Below, piece by piece: positions 12,225 through 35,250 of a stretch of 64,000 nucleotides of DNA. The notes below the pieces were generated by a model that saw only the letters and a program-made list of their open reading frames with translations, ran no database searches and was not told where the DNA came from. This DNA is from Salpingoeca rosetta (taxonomy: Eukaryota > Protista > Choanoflagellata), in NCBI GenBank assembly GCA_033442325.1, contig JAWQFM010000001.1:3118881-3182880 (forward strand). The letters are read 5' to 3'. How positions within the stretch are numbered: the first letter of the stretch is position 1; every line of letters begins with the position of its first letter. A program made the translations under genes and the position numbers.

Positions 12225-12856
12225 GCATTTTCAAGGCACAAGTTCCTCCCTCCTCCTCTCTTCTCCTCCCCTAACAACACCAGCCACGCGCACACGCACA
12301 CGCATCACAGCCTACCGTCGTCTTTGTTTCTTCGCTGTGTTTTTGCTGTGATGTGAAGCCCCATCATACGGCCGACTCATTCATCTCCATCCTCATTTGT
12401 TGACCCGCACCCAACAGCTGTTAGCACCTCTACGTGGTCAACCACCCATGTGTCTGTCTGTGTCTTTGTCCGTGGCATCGACGTGTCACATGTGTCACAT
12501 CAGCTTTTCCCCCGTTCCATGCACGACATTGGCGTGTTGCTTTCACGTCACCCCTTCTTGGTTCGTAAACACCGACATGAAAGTATCCACACTCAGGGAG
12601 CGCTCATCTCGCAGTCAAAGAGAGAGAGAGAGCAGCAGCAGCAGCAGCAGCATTGTCATCATCCTCTGTTTCTGATTGCTTGCTTGCAGGCACAAGGTTT
12701 ATGAGCCGAGGTTAGGTTTTTCTGTGTGTGTGGGGGGGGGGGAGTGTGTGTGAAGAGGAGGACTGTTGACACAAGGTACGTTGTGATGACACGAAACACT
12801 CGATTGGAAGGAAACAACGCAAGGAAACGACACGCCCCAGGCTAGCGCTAACGCCG

Positions 12857-14710
12857 TCACATGACGCTGCTGCTGGAGGCTGGGACGGGCGTGGTTGTGG
12901 TGGTTGTGGTAGAGGTTGTCGTGGAGGTCGTCGTGGTTGTGGTTGTGGTGTAGTCGAGGTAGAGGACGCGGTCCAGGGCGTGGATGAGGCCGTGTTGAAA
13001 CTCAATGTCCTCTGCCACAATGTCTGCGCCGTTGACAGAGAGCACGCCGCCAATGTTCCTGACAAGCAGGTTGGGTTCGCTGGAAACCAGTGACGTGTAC
13101 ACGTGCGGGGCGACGTGGCGCAGTGTGGCTGCTGTGTGCCGGCGAGGGAGCATGTGGTACAAGATGAAGCGGCGCTGCTCCAGCGGGCTGCTCTGCAGCT
13201 CTGCAAGCACCGCTGGCGGCACCTTGGCAAAGGCTTCGTCTGTGGGAATGAAGAACGTAAACTGCTGCCCAAGGTTGCTCAGGGTCGGCTCCAAGAAGGA
13301 GGAATCAATCAGGGACGCAAACATGCTGAAGCGACTGTCACTGTTCACAAAGGACACCAGGTTTGGCAGTGTCATTGTGGATGTGCTCGACGTTGTGGAC
13401 GTCGTTGTCGTCGTTGTTGTAGTCGTGGTTGTAGTCGTGGTTGTAGTCGTAGTCGTGGTTGTGGTTGTAGTCGTAGTCGTGGTTGTGGTGGTAGTTGTAG
13501 TCGTGGTTGCAGTCGTGGTTGTGGTGGTTGTCGTTGAACCGGGCAGTGTTGTAGTTGTGGTTGAGGTTGTGGTCGTCGTTGTCGATGTGGTGGTGGTCGT
13601 GGTGCTCGTGGTGGTCGTGGTGGTGAGAAGCTCGGTGAGTAGGACGGCGTCAATCTCGTGCACAATGCCGTTGGAGGCGACAAAGTTGCCATCAACCAAT
13701 TGCGCGCCGTTGATGTAGATGAGGTTGAGGTTCACGACCACAGAGAGAAACGACTGCCCATTCAGCGTTGGCAGCACCGCGCCGTTACTGACAAACAGCC
13801 CGTATACCGTGTATCGATTAGTTGCAGCGTGGCCCAGCAGCATGGTTGCCAGACGGCTGCCCAGCAGGGATGGGTTTGCCAGCTCCGCTGGGGAAAACGC
13901 GTCCTCGAACGCGTCATTGTCTGGTGCGAAGAACGTAATGTGTGGTGTTGTTTGCAGTGCCGCTTCTAAGCCTGCGGCCTGCACAGCTTGCAGCAGGTAC
14001 GAGAACTGCGGCTTTGTTTGGATGATGTCGTACACTGTTGGTGTCCCGAAAGTTGTGGTTGTAGTGGTTGTAGTTGTGGTGGTTGTGGTGGTTGTGGTTG
14101 TAGTTGTGGTGGTTGTGGTGGTTGTGGATGTAGTGGTGGTTGTGGTTGTGGTTGCTGTAGTGGTTGGGGTTGTTGTGGTGGTTGTGGTGGTGGTTGATGT
14201 AGTTGTGGATGTGGTTGATGTGGTGGTGGTCGTTGTTGCACTTGTAGATCTGCTTGTGGTGGGGAACAAACGGCGCAGGCTGAGGGAGACGGTGGCAGTG
14301 GTGATGCCGCCGGGCGTGCCCAGGTCCGAGAGGAGATAGCAGCGCACGTCGCCGTTTGGGACGTGCCAGTAAAAGATGCCGAGACACTCGGAATCAAGCT
14401 CGCACGCGGCAATGCATGGCGTGAGGGAAGTGACGCCGTTGATGACGGCGATGGTGGCGGAGGAGGAGAACGCGGTTGTGTACCGCCGCGGGTCTGTCAC
14501 GCCAGGCAGGGCGCCAAAGTGGTCGACCACAAAGTTGGATCCAGCCGCACCGATTTCCTCCAGAGAGTATGCGGTCACTTCGCGGCGGTGCCGAGCAGCA
14601 ATGGGCCTGGCTTGTGCAAGCGGTGTCATCACAACCAGCACCACTGCCAGCAGCAACGGAAACAAGCAGCAGCAGCGTGTATTGAAGGACGCCATCATCG
14701 TCATCGTCAT
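12857..14710 (-). CDS. Secreted fasciclin (2x FAS1) protein with a PAN/apple-like domain and Thr-rich mucin-like linkers
   Basis: Single 617-aa ORF with a hydrophobic signal peptide, a CIAAC-x4-CLGIFY...CYLL PAN-like pattern, two FAS1 domains (TFFAPDNDAF...NGIVHEIDAVL; TFFIPTDEAF...HGLIHALDRVL) and three poly-Thr tracts. Confidence 0.9.
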   Translation of the reverse strand: MTMTMMASFNTRCCCLFPLLLAVVLVVMTPLAQARPIAARHRREVTAYSLEEIGAAGSNFVVDHFGALPGVTDPRRYTTAFSSSATIAVINGVTSLTPCIAACELDSECLGIFYWHVPNGDVRCYLLSDLGTPGGITTATVSLSLRRLFPTTSRSTSATTTTTTSTTSTTTSTTTTTTTTTPTTTATTTTTTTTSTTTTTTTTTTTTTTTTTTTTTTTTTFGTPTVYDIIQTKPQFSYLLQAVQAAGLEAALQTTPHITFFAPDNDAFEDAFSPAELANPSLLGSRLATMLLGHAATNRYTVYGLFVSNGAVLPTLNGQSFLSVVVNLNLIYINGAQLVDGNFVASNGIVHEIDAVLLTELLTTTTTTSTTTTTTSTTTTTTSTTTTTLPGSTTTTTTTTATTTTTTTTTTTTTTTTTTTTTTTTTTTTTTTTTTTTSTTSSTSTMTLPNLVSFVNSDSRFSMFASLIDSSFLEPTLSNLGQQFTFFIPTDEAFAKVPPAVLAELQSSPLEQRRFILYHMLPRRHTAATLRHVAPHVYTSLVSSEPNLLVRNIGGVLSVNGADIVAEDIEFQHGLIHALDRVLYLDYTTTTTTTTSTTTSTTTTTTTPVPASSSSVM

Positions 14711-14887
14711 CCTTCACGATCACGCGTCTCAACCTGCCATGATTGGGTTTGGAAGCGATGCCATGGTGAGCATGTGTATGCGGGAGTGTAAGTGTGTGAG
14801 AATGAATGGGTGTGAATGTGTGCGTGTGGCGAGGGTGTGAACGTGTGCGTGTGGCGAGGGTGAATGCACGTGGCTGCGTTTCGAGCC

Positions 14888-14980
14888 AAACATCCACCCC
14901 CAAACATCTCCACCCCAAACATCCACCCCCAAACATCCACCCGACAAACATCCACCCGACAAACAACCACCCCAAACACC
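14888..14980. repeat. Degenerate 13-15 nt tandem repeat (AAACATCCACCCC-like, about 6 copies) upstream of the FAS1 gene
   Basis: Directly visible tandem array. Confidence 0.8.
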
Positions 14981-15683
14981 CCTCCTCCCGCCCAAGAAGA
15001 ACGAACGAATCCAATGGCATTTCAAGTCGTACGCGCCTGCGCCTCCTTCCCCAACCACCGCTGTTGCCTGGAGACCTTGTTCGGGGGGTGAGCACGGAGA
15101 TGAGAGAGGGTGCCAAGTCACCGGTGTGTGGGTTGCTGGGGTGATGTGCGGATATGCGGGGGACGTGGCACGGGTAAAAGCGGTGTTGCTGGGCGATGCT
15201 TCACGTGCGGTGGATATGGATAAAATGGCACAGCAACCACTCACGCCACACACCAACAACAAGCAAGAAGCAAGCGTCCAGCGCCGTTGCTTATGGCTGC
15301 TGATGCTGATGATGCAGAGCTCGGTGCAGAAGCAAACACGCATGCAGATGTCAAAGCAACTAACTTTGAGTTGGCGAAGCAACAGCAAACACAATGCAAG
15401 ACACGCATGATGATGATGGCTTCTTGTGGTGGGTGGGCTGTTGCTGGGCAGTGGGCAGCAAGGACTCGACTCGACGTCACGGTGTCGTCACGACATGTCA
15501 CAACGCATCGCTTGCTCTGACAAGAAGTGATCAGTGAGACAGCGCCTTCTTCGTTACCACCATATCGCAAAACTGATGTCAGTTGCTCATCTGACATCAG
15601 ACGATAAAGCTGAAATCAGACGATAAAGCTGAAATCAGTGGTGGCCTGAAATTCAACCCATTTCAAAACTGACTGTGACAACC

Positions 15684-18600
15684 ATGGAAGACGACAACAA
15701 CTGCAGCAGTGAAGGTGGTGGCGGCAGTCGTCGCCACAGTGGCGGCAGTCGTGATGATGGTGGCGGTCGACACGAGATCCAGCAGCAGCAGGAGGAGCAA
15801 GAGAACCATGGTCACACTGCTCGACACGGTGAGGCGCAGCAACGGCATGATCAGCAAGAGAACCACGGTCACACTGCTCGACACGAGGAGATACAGCACC
15901 AGCCACATCAACAACCACAACCACAACCACAACTACAGCCACATCAACAACCACAACCACAACCACAACCACATCAACAGCTGCAGCAAGAGGTGGAACG
16001 GTTGCAGCAGCGATTAAAGGCGCAGAGAGAGGCGTACGAAAAACAATTTGAAGACCTGGAACATGCGCACGAACAAGAGCTGCAGGACATGGAAGCCAGG
16101 TACCGCCACCAGCTACAACGCCACATCGACGCATTCAAGGAAACAGTGCTCTTCCACCAGCAACACCACGGCGGGCACCTCCACATGGATGGCGACACAG
16201 CAGCAGCAACAACTACAACGACAACAACCGCCGACCTCATGACCAGCCTGCTGCAGGATGTGATGGACACCACAGCGTCAATGGACCCTGCCTCATCCCC
16301 AAGAAGCAAAGCCAGCAACACCAGCAGGCTCTTGTCGTCCGCCGTCCGCACCGCAAATGGCGACGATGCCACACATCATGATTTCGGGGACAATGGCACC
16401 GATCGACACAGCCTGCAGCGCGAGATGGATGCCATGCAGGCACGCCACGCTGCAGACATGGAACAGCTCGAGGCTGCCATGGAGCGCCAGAAGCGGCAAC
16501 ACCAGCAGCTCCTCGCCGACGAGACTGCCCGCGCAGACACGCTGCAGGCCGAGGTGGACGCCCTCAACCAGCGCATCGACCTCCTCGACTCCGCCCTCGC
16601 CGCAAAGCAGGACGTGCTCGACAGCGTGCGGGCCGGCTACGAGCGCGACGCGCACTTGCGTGAGCAGGCCATGCAGCAGCTGGAGGCCCAGCTTCAAGAC
16701 CTGGCCAGGGAGCAGAAGTCCTCCACCTCCACCCGCACCGCTGAGCTGCAGCGGGCCCTCGACGACAAGGCCGCCCTCCACGCAGACCTTGCCCGCGCAA
16801 AAACCCGCGTCGCCCAGCTCCAGCGCATGCTCAAGCAGCTGCAGCTGCCACATGCATCCGACACCTTCGCAGCAACCGCAACCACGCCAGCTGCCACCCA
16901 ACACTTGAACAACACCACCCTTGGGTTTGACGAGCAAGGGCGTTCCTCAACAATGATGCCAGTGCAGTCGACAGCAAACCTCTCCTCCTCCTCCTCGTTC
17001 ATGGCAGCGACGGCACGCCACGACAGCACACAGCAGCAAGCCCAGCACGATCCGCTCTCCCAGACGCTGCCTGCGTCCCTGTCCATGAAACCAGACGGCC
17101 CCGCAGCCGCAGCCTTTGCGCGGTCCACCGAGTACACCGTGCGCGCCCTGCTCCACAACCGCACGCAACTGCAGGAAGAGATTGCGCGGCTGAAGCAGGA
17201 GCTCACGCAGGTCCGCGCCAGCAAGATCAAGCTTGTCGAGGACTTGACCAAGGACAGGGAAGAGCTCAAGCAGCGGCATGCGCAACACGTCACAGAAGTG
17301 CAGTCCGCCCTGGACTCCAACGCCACGCAGTTGACAGGTGCACACTCTACCCTTGCCGCCCTCGAGGAAGCCCTTGACCGCCAGTACAACGCGCTCATGG
17401 CTGAGCAAGCGGCAGCGCGAGCAACAGCGACAAGAACAGCACCAACGCCGCCGTACAGCCATCACTCTGGTGGCAACGCCAGTGCCACCAACTCCAACCC
17501 CAGCATAGGGTCTTACTCATCCGCTTCCGCCGCAATGGCCGCAGCAGCAGCAGCAGCAGCAGATGGCGTGCGCCCCTCCACAATGGTGCTCTTGCAGTCA
17601 CGCGCACTCCCTCCCGCGCATGTGCTGGCCTCGGCCTACGCTTCCACGTCCACTTCCACCTCCACCACTGCCTCGTTGTCGTCGTCAGCGTCGGTGCCGC
17701 AGCAGCACCTCATGGCCGTGCTCAACGCCTTTGGCAAGGTGCGCACGGCGCTCGACAACATCTCCGTGGAGTTTGCGCAGCTGTCGCGCAAGCACGAGAT
17801 GGCCCAGCAGGAGCTGATAGCGCTGCGCTCGCAGGTCGCCGCCTCCCAAACGCGCTGCCATGACCTGAGCACGCAGGAGCAGGAAACCAAGGGCGCCATG
17901 GACGCCCTGCGTGCACAGTGCGCAACGCTGCAGTCGCAAAAGGAGTCACTCGAACGGCACAACGCGGACATGACGCGGCACCTGCAGGCTGCCCAGCGCC
18001 GGGCGGGAGAGCTCGAGGCGGAGGCTGATCGCGCCGCCTCGGAGGCGCAGTCACGTCTGCAGCGCAGCGAGGACGACGCGAAGCAGCGCGTGGCCGGCGT
18101 ACAGCAGCAGGTGAAGGCGTTTAAGGCCGAGCTGCAGTCTGCGCTGGGGGTGAAGACGGCGGTGGAGTCACAGCTGGGCGAGGCGCTCCGCGACAACATG
18201 AAGCTGCGGGAGGAGACTGAGCGCCTGGCAAAGACGGCGACGGAGCAGGAAGCAACGGCCAGGCGCTTGCAGGAACGACACGACTTCTCGCTGGAGAGGG
18301 CAAAGAAGCTGGAGCAGGAACTTGCCTCCACCAAGACGGCCAAGGAGCATGCCGAGCAGCAGCTGCACGCGCTGCAGGCAGAGGCAGATGCGCTGCGATC
18401 ACGCGCACAGGAGACGGACAGGGCCGTGCAAACGGCGAACGCGGAGCAGGCCGCGTTGCAGCAGCAGGCGGCAAAGCTGCGAGGCAAAGTGGCGGTGCTG
18501 AAGCAGAAGAACGAGGCACTGAGCGACGCGGAGACGCAACTGCAGGCTGCACTGGTGGCACGGGATGCCGCGCACAGCGAAATCGCACAGCTGCGGCGGC

Positions 18601-19290
18601 AAATTGCGGACACCCACGCGCGGAAGGAGCAAGCAGAGGAGGAGGCGCAGCGGACAGCACACGCCAACAGGGCGGTGGTGGACGACCTCACACGGCAGCT
18701 GCAGGTGGCGCGCACGCGAGCGAGAAACGCAGAGGAGGCGGTGTCAGCGCTGGCAGAGAAGGCGCAGCACTTTGAGACGCGGGCCGTACATGCGGAGAGG
18801 GATGCACGCGCAGCGCGCGACGAATCGGAACACGCGTCCACCCAGCTGCACGATCTGCAACAGCAGCTGTCGTCCAAGGAGCGGGAGGCGGCGAAGCTGA
18901 AACGCGAGTACGCAGAGCTGCAGTACCGAGTGGACAGACTGTATGCCAGCAACCAGCAGCTGCTGCGCGATCGCCGGACGCAGCACGCCAGGCTCCTGGA
19001 CAAGATGAAACGCCACTTTGCTTCGCAGATGACGTCTCTGTCCACGCTGGGCAAGTATGGCAGCGGCCGCGCGACGCCAGCGGGGACGCAAGTGACAGCA
19101 CAACTGGACAAGTCAGCGGGCACTGCTGTGCCCTTGCACGCACACGCCATGACGGAACGTGAAGCAACAGCAACCTCGACAACACCGGCGACAAATACAG
19201 CAACGGCAAGGGGGCAAGCGGTGCAGTTTTCGGCAGAAGTGGCTGCTCCCCACGACCATCATCACGACAACCAGCAAGAGCTGCTGCATC

Positions 19291-19321
<31 letters not shown>

Positions 19322-19520
19322 CCAACGCCAACACCAAGAACAAGAAGGACCGGAAGAGCAAGAGCAACAAGGATGGCACGTGGGGCAACAAGATGCTGGT
19401 GATGGTACACACGAAGAGGTGGCAACCGCACGTGTGGACGTGAGCCAGGATGAGGAGGACTCGGATGAGAGTTTGCGCAGTGATGCTGATGAAGATGTGC
19501 AGCACTTGCTCATGGAATGA
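15684..19520 (+). CDS. Large intronless coiled-coil protein (about 1278 aa), function unknown
   Basis: Long ORF (first ATG at 15684) with extended heptad-like A/E/Q/L/R-rich segments, Q-rich termini and GC3-biased codons. Confidence 0.85.
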
Positions 19521-19532
19521 CAAGACATGAAA

Positions 19533-19696
<164 letters not shown>

Positions 19697-20062
19697 ATGT
19701 CGAGTAGATTTGGGAGGGGGAGGGTGTAAATGACTCCTGCAACCGTGGAAGATGTGTGCGTGTGTGTGTACGTGAAATTATGACAGTGATTGGTCACAAA
19801 GCAAAGCTGGATATGGCCCATGAAGGAGCGAGGAGGCAACATGTGCGTTGGTGTTCATGAGGGAGGCGCAATGATTCGTTTAATGACACATGCACAAGGA
19901 CAGCTGAAGAAAATGACCAAAGGAACAAGAGACATGACAAAGAAGGGGGGGGGTACTTGGTTGTTGACTACTCACACGCAAAAGCCCACGACTGAAACAC
20001 AAAACAGGACAAAAAGTTCTGGTCACACACGCAAACAACCACAATCCACTCCAATTGCCGGT

Positions 20063-20110
<48 letters not shown>

Positions 20111-20184
20111 GCACACACACATTGACACGTCCATTTTCTCGCACACTCACTAGCACTAACACTGACACGCACTGCCTCTCACTA

Positions 20185-27127
<6,943 letters not shown>

Positions 27128-27191
27128 GCTCCTTCCTTCTTCTGCTCCTTGCGTGCTGAGTTGCTTGTTGGTGTGGCGATTTTTTTTGTTG

Positions 27192-27276
<85 letters not shown>

Positions 27277-27671
27277 GTACGTGTGTGTGTTGTACGTTCC
27301 CTCCTCCTCTCCCTGCACCTCTCCTCCTTCACCATCTCCTCTTCCCTTACTTCCCTGGCTTCCCTCTGCCATCTTGCTTGCTTTGGCTTATTGCACATTG
27401 CACAAAAACGCCACACACACAACCACACACACTCACACACAAAAGAGAGACAACCACTCACCAGCTACCCATACACAAACCCACCACGCAAGCCAACAGC
27501 AACGGCACCAACTGAAAGACACTCAACTCAAACTTTCACTTCGAGAGCAAGCAACCAACCCTCTCACACAACCAAACATTTAAACCTCACCCCTTTGCCC
27601 TTCAACCCATCTTCAGACACACACGCACACTTCGCACAAACACGCACGCCTACTACTGCTTCCCTCCTCGC

Positions 27672-29945
27672 TCAGTCCCTTGCATCGTCGTACTCATCGT
27701 CACTGCTGTTCCCCTCTGCGCCCTCCTCGCCATTCTCCCCATCGTCGTACTCATCGTCGTCGTCGTCGTCAAAGTTGTGTGCGCCGGGCAGCGGCACCTT
27801 CATCACCTGCGCCTCCAGCTCCGCAAAGTGCCCGCGCGCAAGCTGCAGATTCGCCTGCACCATCTCAACCTCTGTCCTCATCGTGGTTGGAGAGAGGGGG
27901 GGGGGGGGGGGGGAACGAAAACAGGGATGACAACCAAACAGAGCGAAACAATGCTTTGTGAGAAGGGTGTAAGTAGGGATGGTCATCCAACAAACAAACA
28001 TCCAAACGCAAATACATCCACACGCGCACGCATGATGCTTCTACTTCAACAGGCCCCTCTTATCCACTCACACTCACACACACACACGCCACTTCCGCTT
28101 CAACATGCCTCTTATGTCACCTCCCCTCCCCACCAACCCCCCCCCTCTCTCTCTCCCCAAAACAGCAGCGGACCGTCTGGGCGGTCGTGGATGATGAGGG
28201 CGACGGTGCTCGTCGTGAACGGCCACAGAAACGCAGAAAACTCGGAATTGCAAATCTGCATCTCCCGGAACGACGTCTGCATTTTCCTGCATGTATGCAT
28301 GCAGTGTATGTTGTGTTGTGTTGTGTTTGTGGTGTGCATTGTGTGCGTGTGTGTGCATTGTGCGTGTGTGTGTGTGTGTGTTGGCATCACAACAAGCAAT
28401 AAAATTCACACACACGCAGGCAAACACACACACACACCAAACGCGCACCATAGAGCACGGCCACTTACAAGCAGGTGATCTTGAAGTGCTTGAGGATGGT
28501 GCTCACGCGCTCAAACCTGTGAATTGCCACACAGACACGCGTGCGCACACATGAAACGTGTCCACCCGATGAGCTGAGACGAGGGAGAGAGAGAGAAAGA
28601 TCCAATGTGCCATTGCACCGACGAATACACAAGCACACATAGACACATGTGCACACACAAATACATACACATACCCATGCACCACGCCACCACCACACAC
28701 CACCACCGCCACCATCCCCTGTGTGACACCACGAGCACGCATGAGGCATGGCGGTGTGGCGTGCGCACCGCTGCTGGTCCTCGGCGGGATCCGCCTCGCG
28801 GGATTCGCGCACGAGCGTCAGGAACGTCCGGCTCTCAAACAGCACAACCTGGCGATCATGGCGGGGAGCATGGGCGGAGTGTGAGCACTGTCGACACACG
28901 CAGGAGATGCAACAAAGCACACAGGCTGCAACAAAGCAAACACACACACACGCACACTCACTCTGGTTGCTCGCTCACTGCACAAAACTCACTCACTCAC
29001 ACGCACGCACTCACACGCACGCACACTCACTCACTCACTCACACGCACGCACACTCACTCACTCACTCGCACGCACGCACGCACACTCACTCACTCACAC
29101 GCACGCACACACACTTACTCACTCACACACACACACACACACACATACACACCACCACCACCACCACCACCACCACCACCACCACCACCACCACCACCAC
29201 CACCACCAGAAGCGGCACGAACCTCGCGTGCGCCGATGGCGTGGATGAGCGAGTTGAGGCTCTCCCGATACACCTCGACGCCCGGCAGGAGGTACGTGCA
29301 GATGCGGGACCACGCCTGGTACAGCGACTCGTCCCAGATGCTCGACTGGAAGCACGTCAGCTCGTGGTCGCCCGCAAGCTCCTGCAGCATGTCCACCGTG
29401 CCCCGCACAACCTGCGCCCAGCCGTCGACACGGACATGCACGGTGAGCCGGTGAGACGTAAGGAGTGGTGGGTGGTGGATGGTCGTGGTGGTGGGTGGGG
29501 GTGGATGGTGTGTGACGGCGGTTGCCACAAGTTGCGCGGTATTGTTGCACTTGAGCCGTGTGCTGACATCATAACGCTGTCTGCCTGCCTTTTTTTTTTT
29601 TTTTTGTTGTGCTCACGTGCGTGGCTGTGCGATGCTTGTTGAACGCGCAGCAGATAGATGAGCGCAGCTGTGCAAGTTGGAGCAATGAAGCAAGGAAGCA
29701 AGGAAGCAAGGACGTACGTTCGGCTGCTCAAAGTTTGAGACGAGATCCATCTTGTGCAGGAGCACAAACGTCTTTGCACTTGGCGAGTGCTGTCATGCAC
29801 ATGCAGACACATGCAGACACATGCAGACACATGCAGACACATGCAGACACATGCAGACACATGCAGACACGGGTTGAAATGTCAGGATGAAAGTAACCAG
29901 CACTTGCAAGCTGCAAATACTTGCAGCCCACAACCAGTCACACGT

Positions 29946-30012
<67 letters not shown>

Positions 30013-30444
30013 CGCACCTGTTTGAGGGATTTGATGCACATTTCAAACCACGTCCTGTCCTCCTCCTCGCTCTTCTTGTCCGTGGAAATCGCTTTGGCAT
30101 CAACGACGTAGATCAGTACCTGTCAAAGTGAAGCGTGTGCACCAACACCACGTACGCACCGTGTCGATGAGTGCTGTGGGCTGAACAGAGCCAGGAACAC
30201 ACGCTGTCCAACACAGCGCAAGCACACAAATCTCACGCAGCACAAACAGGTCGACACATGACACAAAGCAAGCACGCAGTAGCAACATGCACACTGCACA
30301 TACCGCCACGTTGCGGAAGATTTGCTCATTCTGTGAGCTGAAGTACTGGTTCATGAATGCGCTCTGACTGCAGATGTGCAAAGGAACAATGACACACGGT
30401 GAGTCGAGCAGCGATGATGTGATGGTCACAAAACACGTAGACCC

Positions 30445-30502
<58 letters not shown>

Positions 30503-30703
30503 AACACACACACACACACACACACCCGCCACAATCCCAGAGGTTGAGGTACAGGTTGCCCATGAACTCCAAGTGGACCTGCTCTGCTTCCTCTGCATGT
30601 GCGTGGTCACAACGACGGAACGGTGAGCTGCTGCACAATGACATGCGCGCGAAAAAAAAAAAATCCCTCCGCACAGCCACACAACACACACACACACACA
30701 CAC

Positions 30704-30766
<63 letters not shown>

Positions 30767-31146
30767 CACAACACACAGAGGTGTTCGTACTTGTGGGTGT
30801 CATCTTCCGCACGCCCACGTTGGGGTTGTCGGCGAAGATGATGGTGCGCATGGACGTCTTGCCGGAACCGCTCCGGCCCATAAGAAGCACCTGTGCACGC
30901 CATGCGCAAGAAGCAAGAAAGGAAAGGCGAGAGGCGATCGGCGTCAAGTACGTGAGAAGGAGGCCCTTCGTGTGATGAAAGCAAAGTGATTTCAAACAGC
31001 AAGCTGAGACAAACTTGACGTTCCGCCAAAGCAACAGCAAGCACGTGACACAGTGTGGTTGACACGCAGTGAGTGCAGCACGGCGCCATCTTGTACAGAC
31101 GACACCACACCTTGTGCTTCGTCTTGTCGATCTTCGCTGAGCTCAT
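27672..31146 (-). CDS. RRAGA: Rag GTPase RagA/B (Gtr1) homologue, multi-exon, acidic C-tail
   Basis: Exons read VLLMGRSGSGKTSMRTIIF, NLYLNLWDCGGQ, FMNQYFSSQNEQIFRNV, LLHKMDL, FQSSIWDESLYQAWS, VVLFESRTFL and RFERVSTILKHFK. These are all RagA/Gtr1 signature segments. Confidence 0.92.
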
Positions 31147-31385
31147 CTTCTTTGCTGGTGCTCGACAAACAATGTGCTCGTGGCTGGCACAGCTGTGGTG
31201 CTTGGATGTGCTTCGATGAGTGTTTGCAGAGGGTCAGGAGAGGCAGCGTGCTGTGGTGGTGCTTTGGAGGTTGTGGAGCGAAAATGTGGTGTGGTTGTGG
31301 ACGATTTGAGAACATCTTCTTCTATTTTTCCGCAGGCCAAGCACAAAAGAGGAAGGACGACGACACAGCACGAAGCAGAGCTGAC

Positions 31386-34254
<2,869 letters not shown>

Positions 34255-34361
34255 TGCACTAGATGCCCAGTGCGAACACGAAGCTGTATAATGTGTGTGG
34301 CGTGTGTGTAATGTGGTTGTGTGTGCGTGGGTGTCATGTGGGTGCGTGGGTGCGTGTATAA

Positions 34362-34467
<106 letters not shown>

Positions 34468-35250
34468 AAACTTGTGCCGTTACATTCTTGTCCTTTTCTT
34501 CTTCCCCCTCCTTCCATATTATTCCTCCGCTTTGGTCTTCGTAATAAACGCAATGAACGACTTGGCACATTCATTTTCCTGCATTATTGGGACGTGCATT
34601 CGCCCGCGTTGGCCGCAGTGTTTATTGGAGTATTGGAGAAGTGTTTTGTGGTGCGGTGGGGTGCATGGTTAGGGCGCACAGACAAAAACAGGCAACGGCA
34701 GTTGCACAAGCACAAGCACAAGCACACCCACACAGCAACAGCGGTAGTAGTGCCCAACTATGACAGGAGTGACAGTGGCACTGGTGCCGTGGCGTAAGAG
34801 CTTGACCGTCAAAGGAGCGTGCCAGCACTTAGGGGTGGAACATCACGTGCATCAAGCACAACACAACAAAACCACGCACGACACGAAGAACGGCAGGAAA
34901 GCAAGCCCACACAGCAACAAAAGAAAACTTGGCGTCTCATTCAAAACACCACACAGTGCTATTTGGTGGGTGGGGCATGAGAGAGTAGCATGCAAGCACA
35001 GAAAGAAGTGCAAGGACACAAAGAAACGCGCAAAGGACAAGAACAACCCCCAACGTTTGGGGTGTGGCAGAGCATGCACACTGCATGCGCACAGGGAAAA
35101 GACTACGACAGTGGTCACTGCCAGAGATGAGCGGGTGGAAAGGACTCAACACACCCACTTGAGAACAAACACAACCAAAACAACACAACAGGCCAATCTG
35201 CGACACCACACGTGCGCGTTTGTCGCGTGTGTTGCAGCATCGGCCATGCT

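Noticed and set aside
17636-19150. 504-aa antisense ORF opposite the coiled-coil gene
   Set aside because: It is a Ser/Cys/Ala-rich mirror of the coding strand's codon usage.
29801-29870. ATGCAGACAC decamer array (also ACAGATGC at about 516-630 and CGCGAACA at about 63362-63410)
   Set aside because: These are simple intronic slippage repeats with no terminal repeats or coding capacity suggesting a mobile element.
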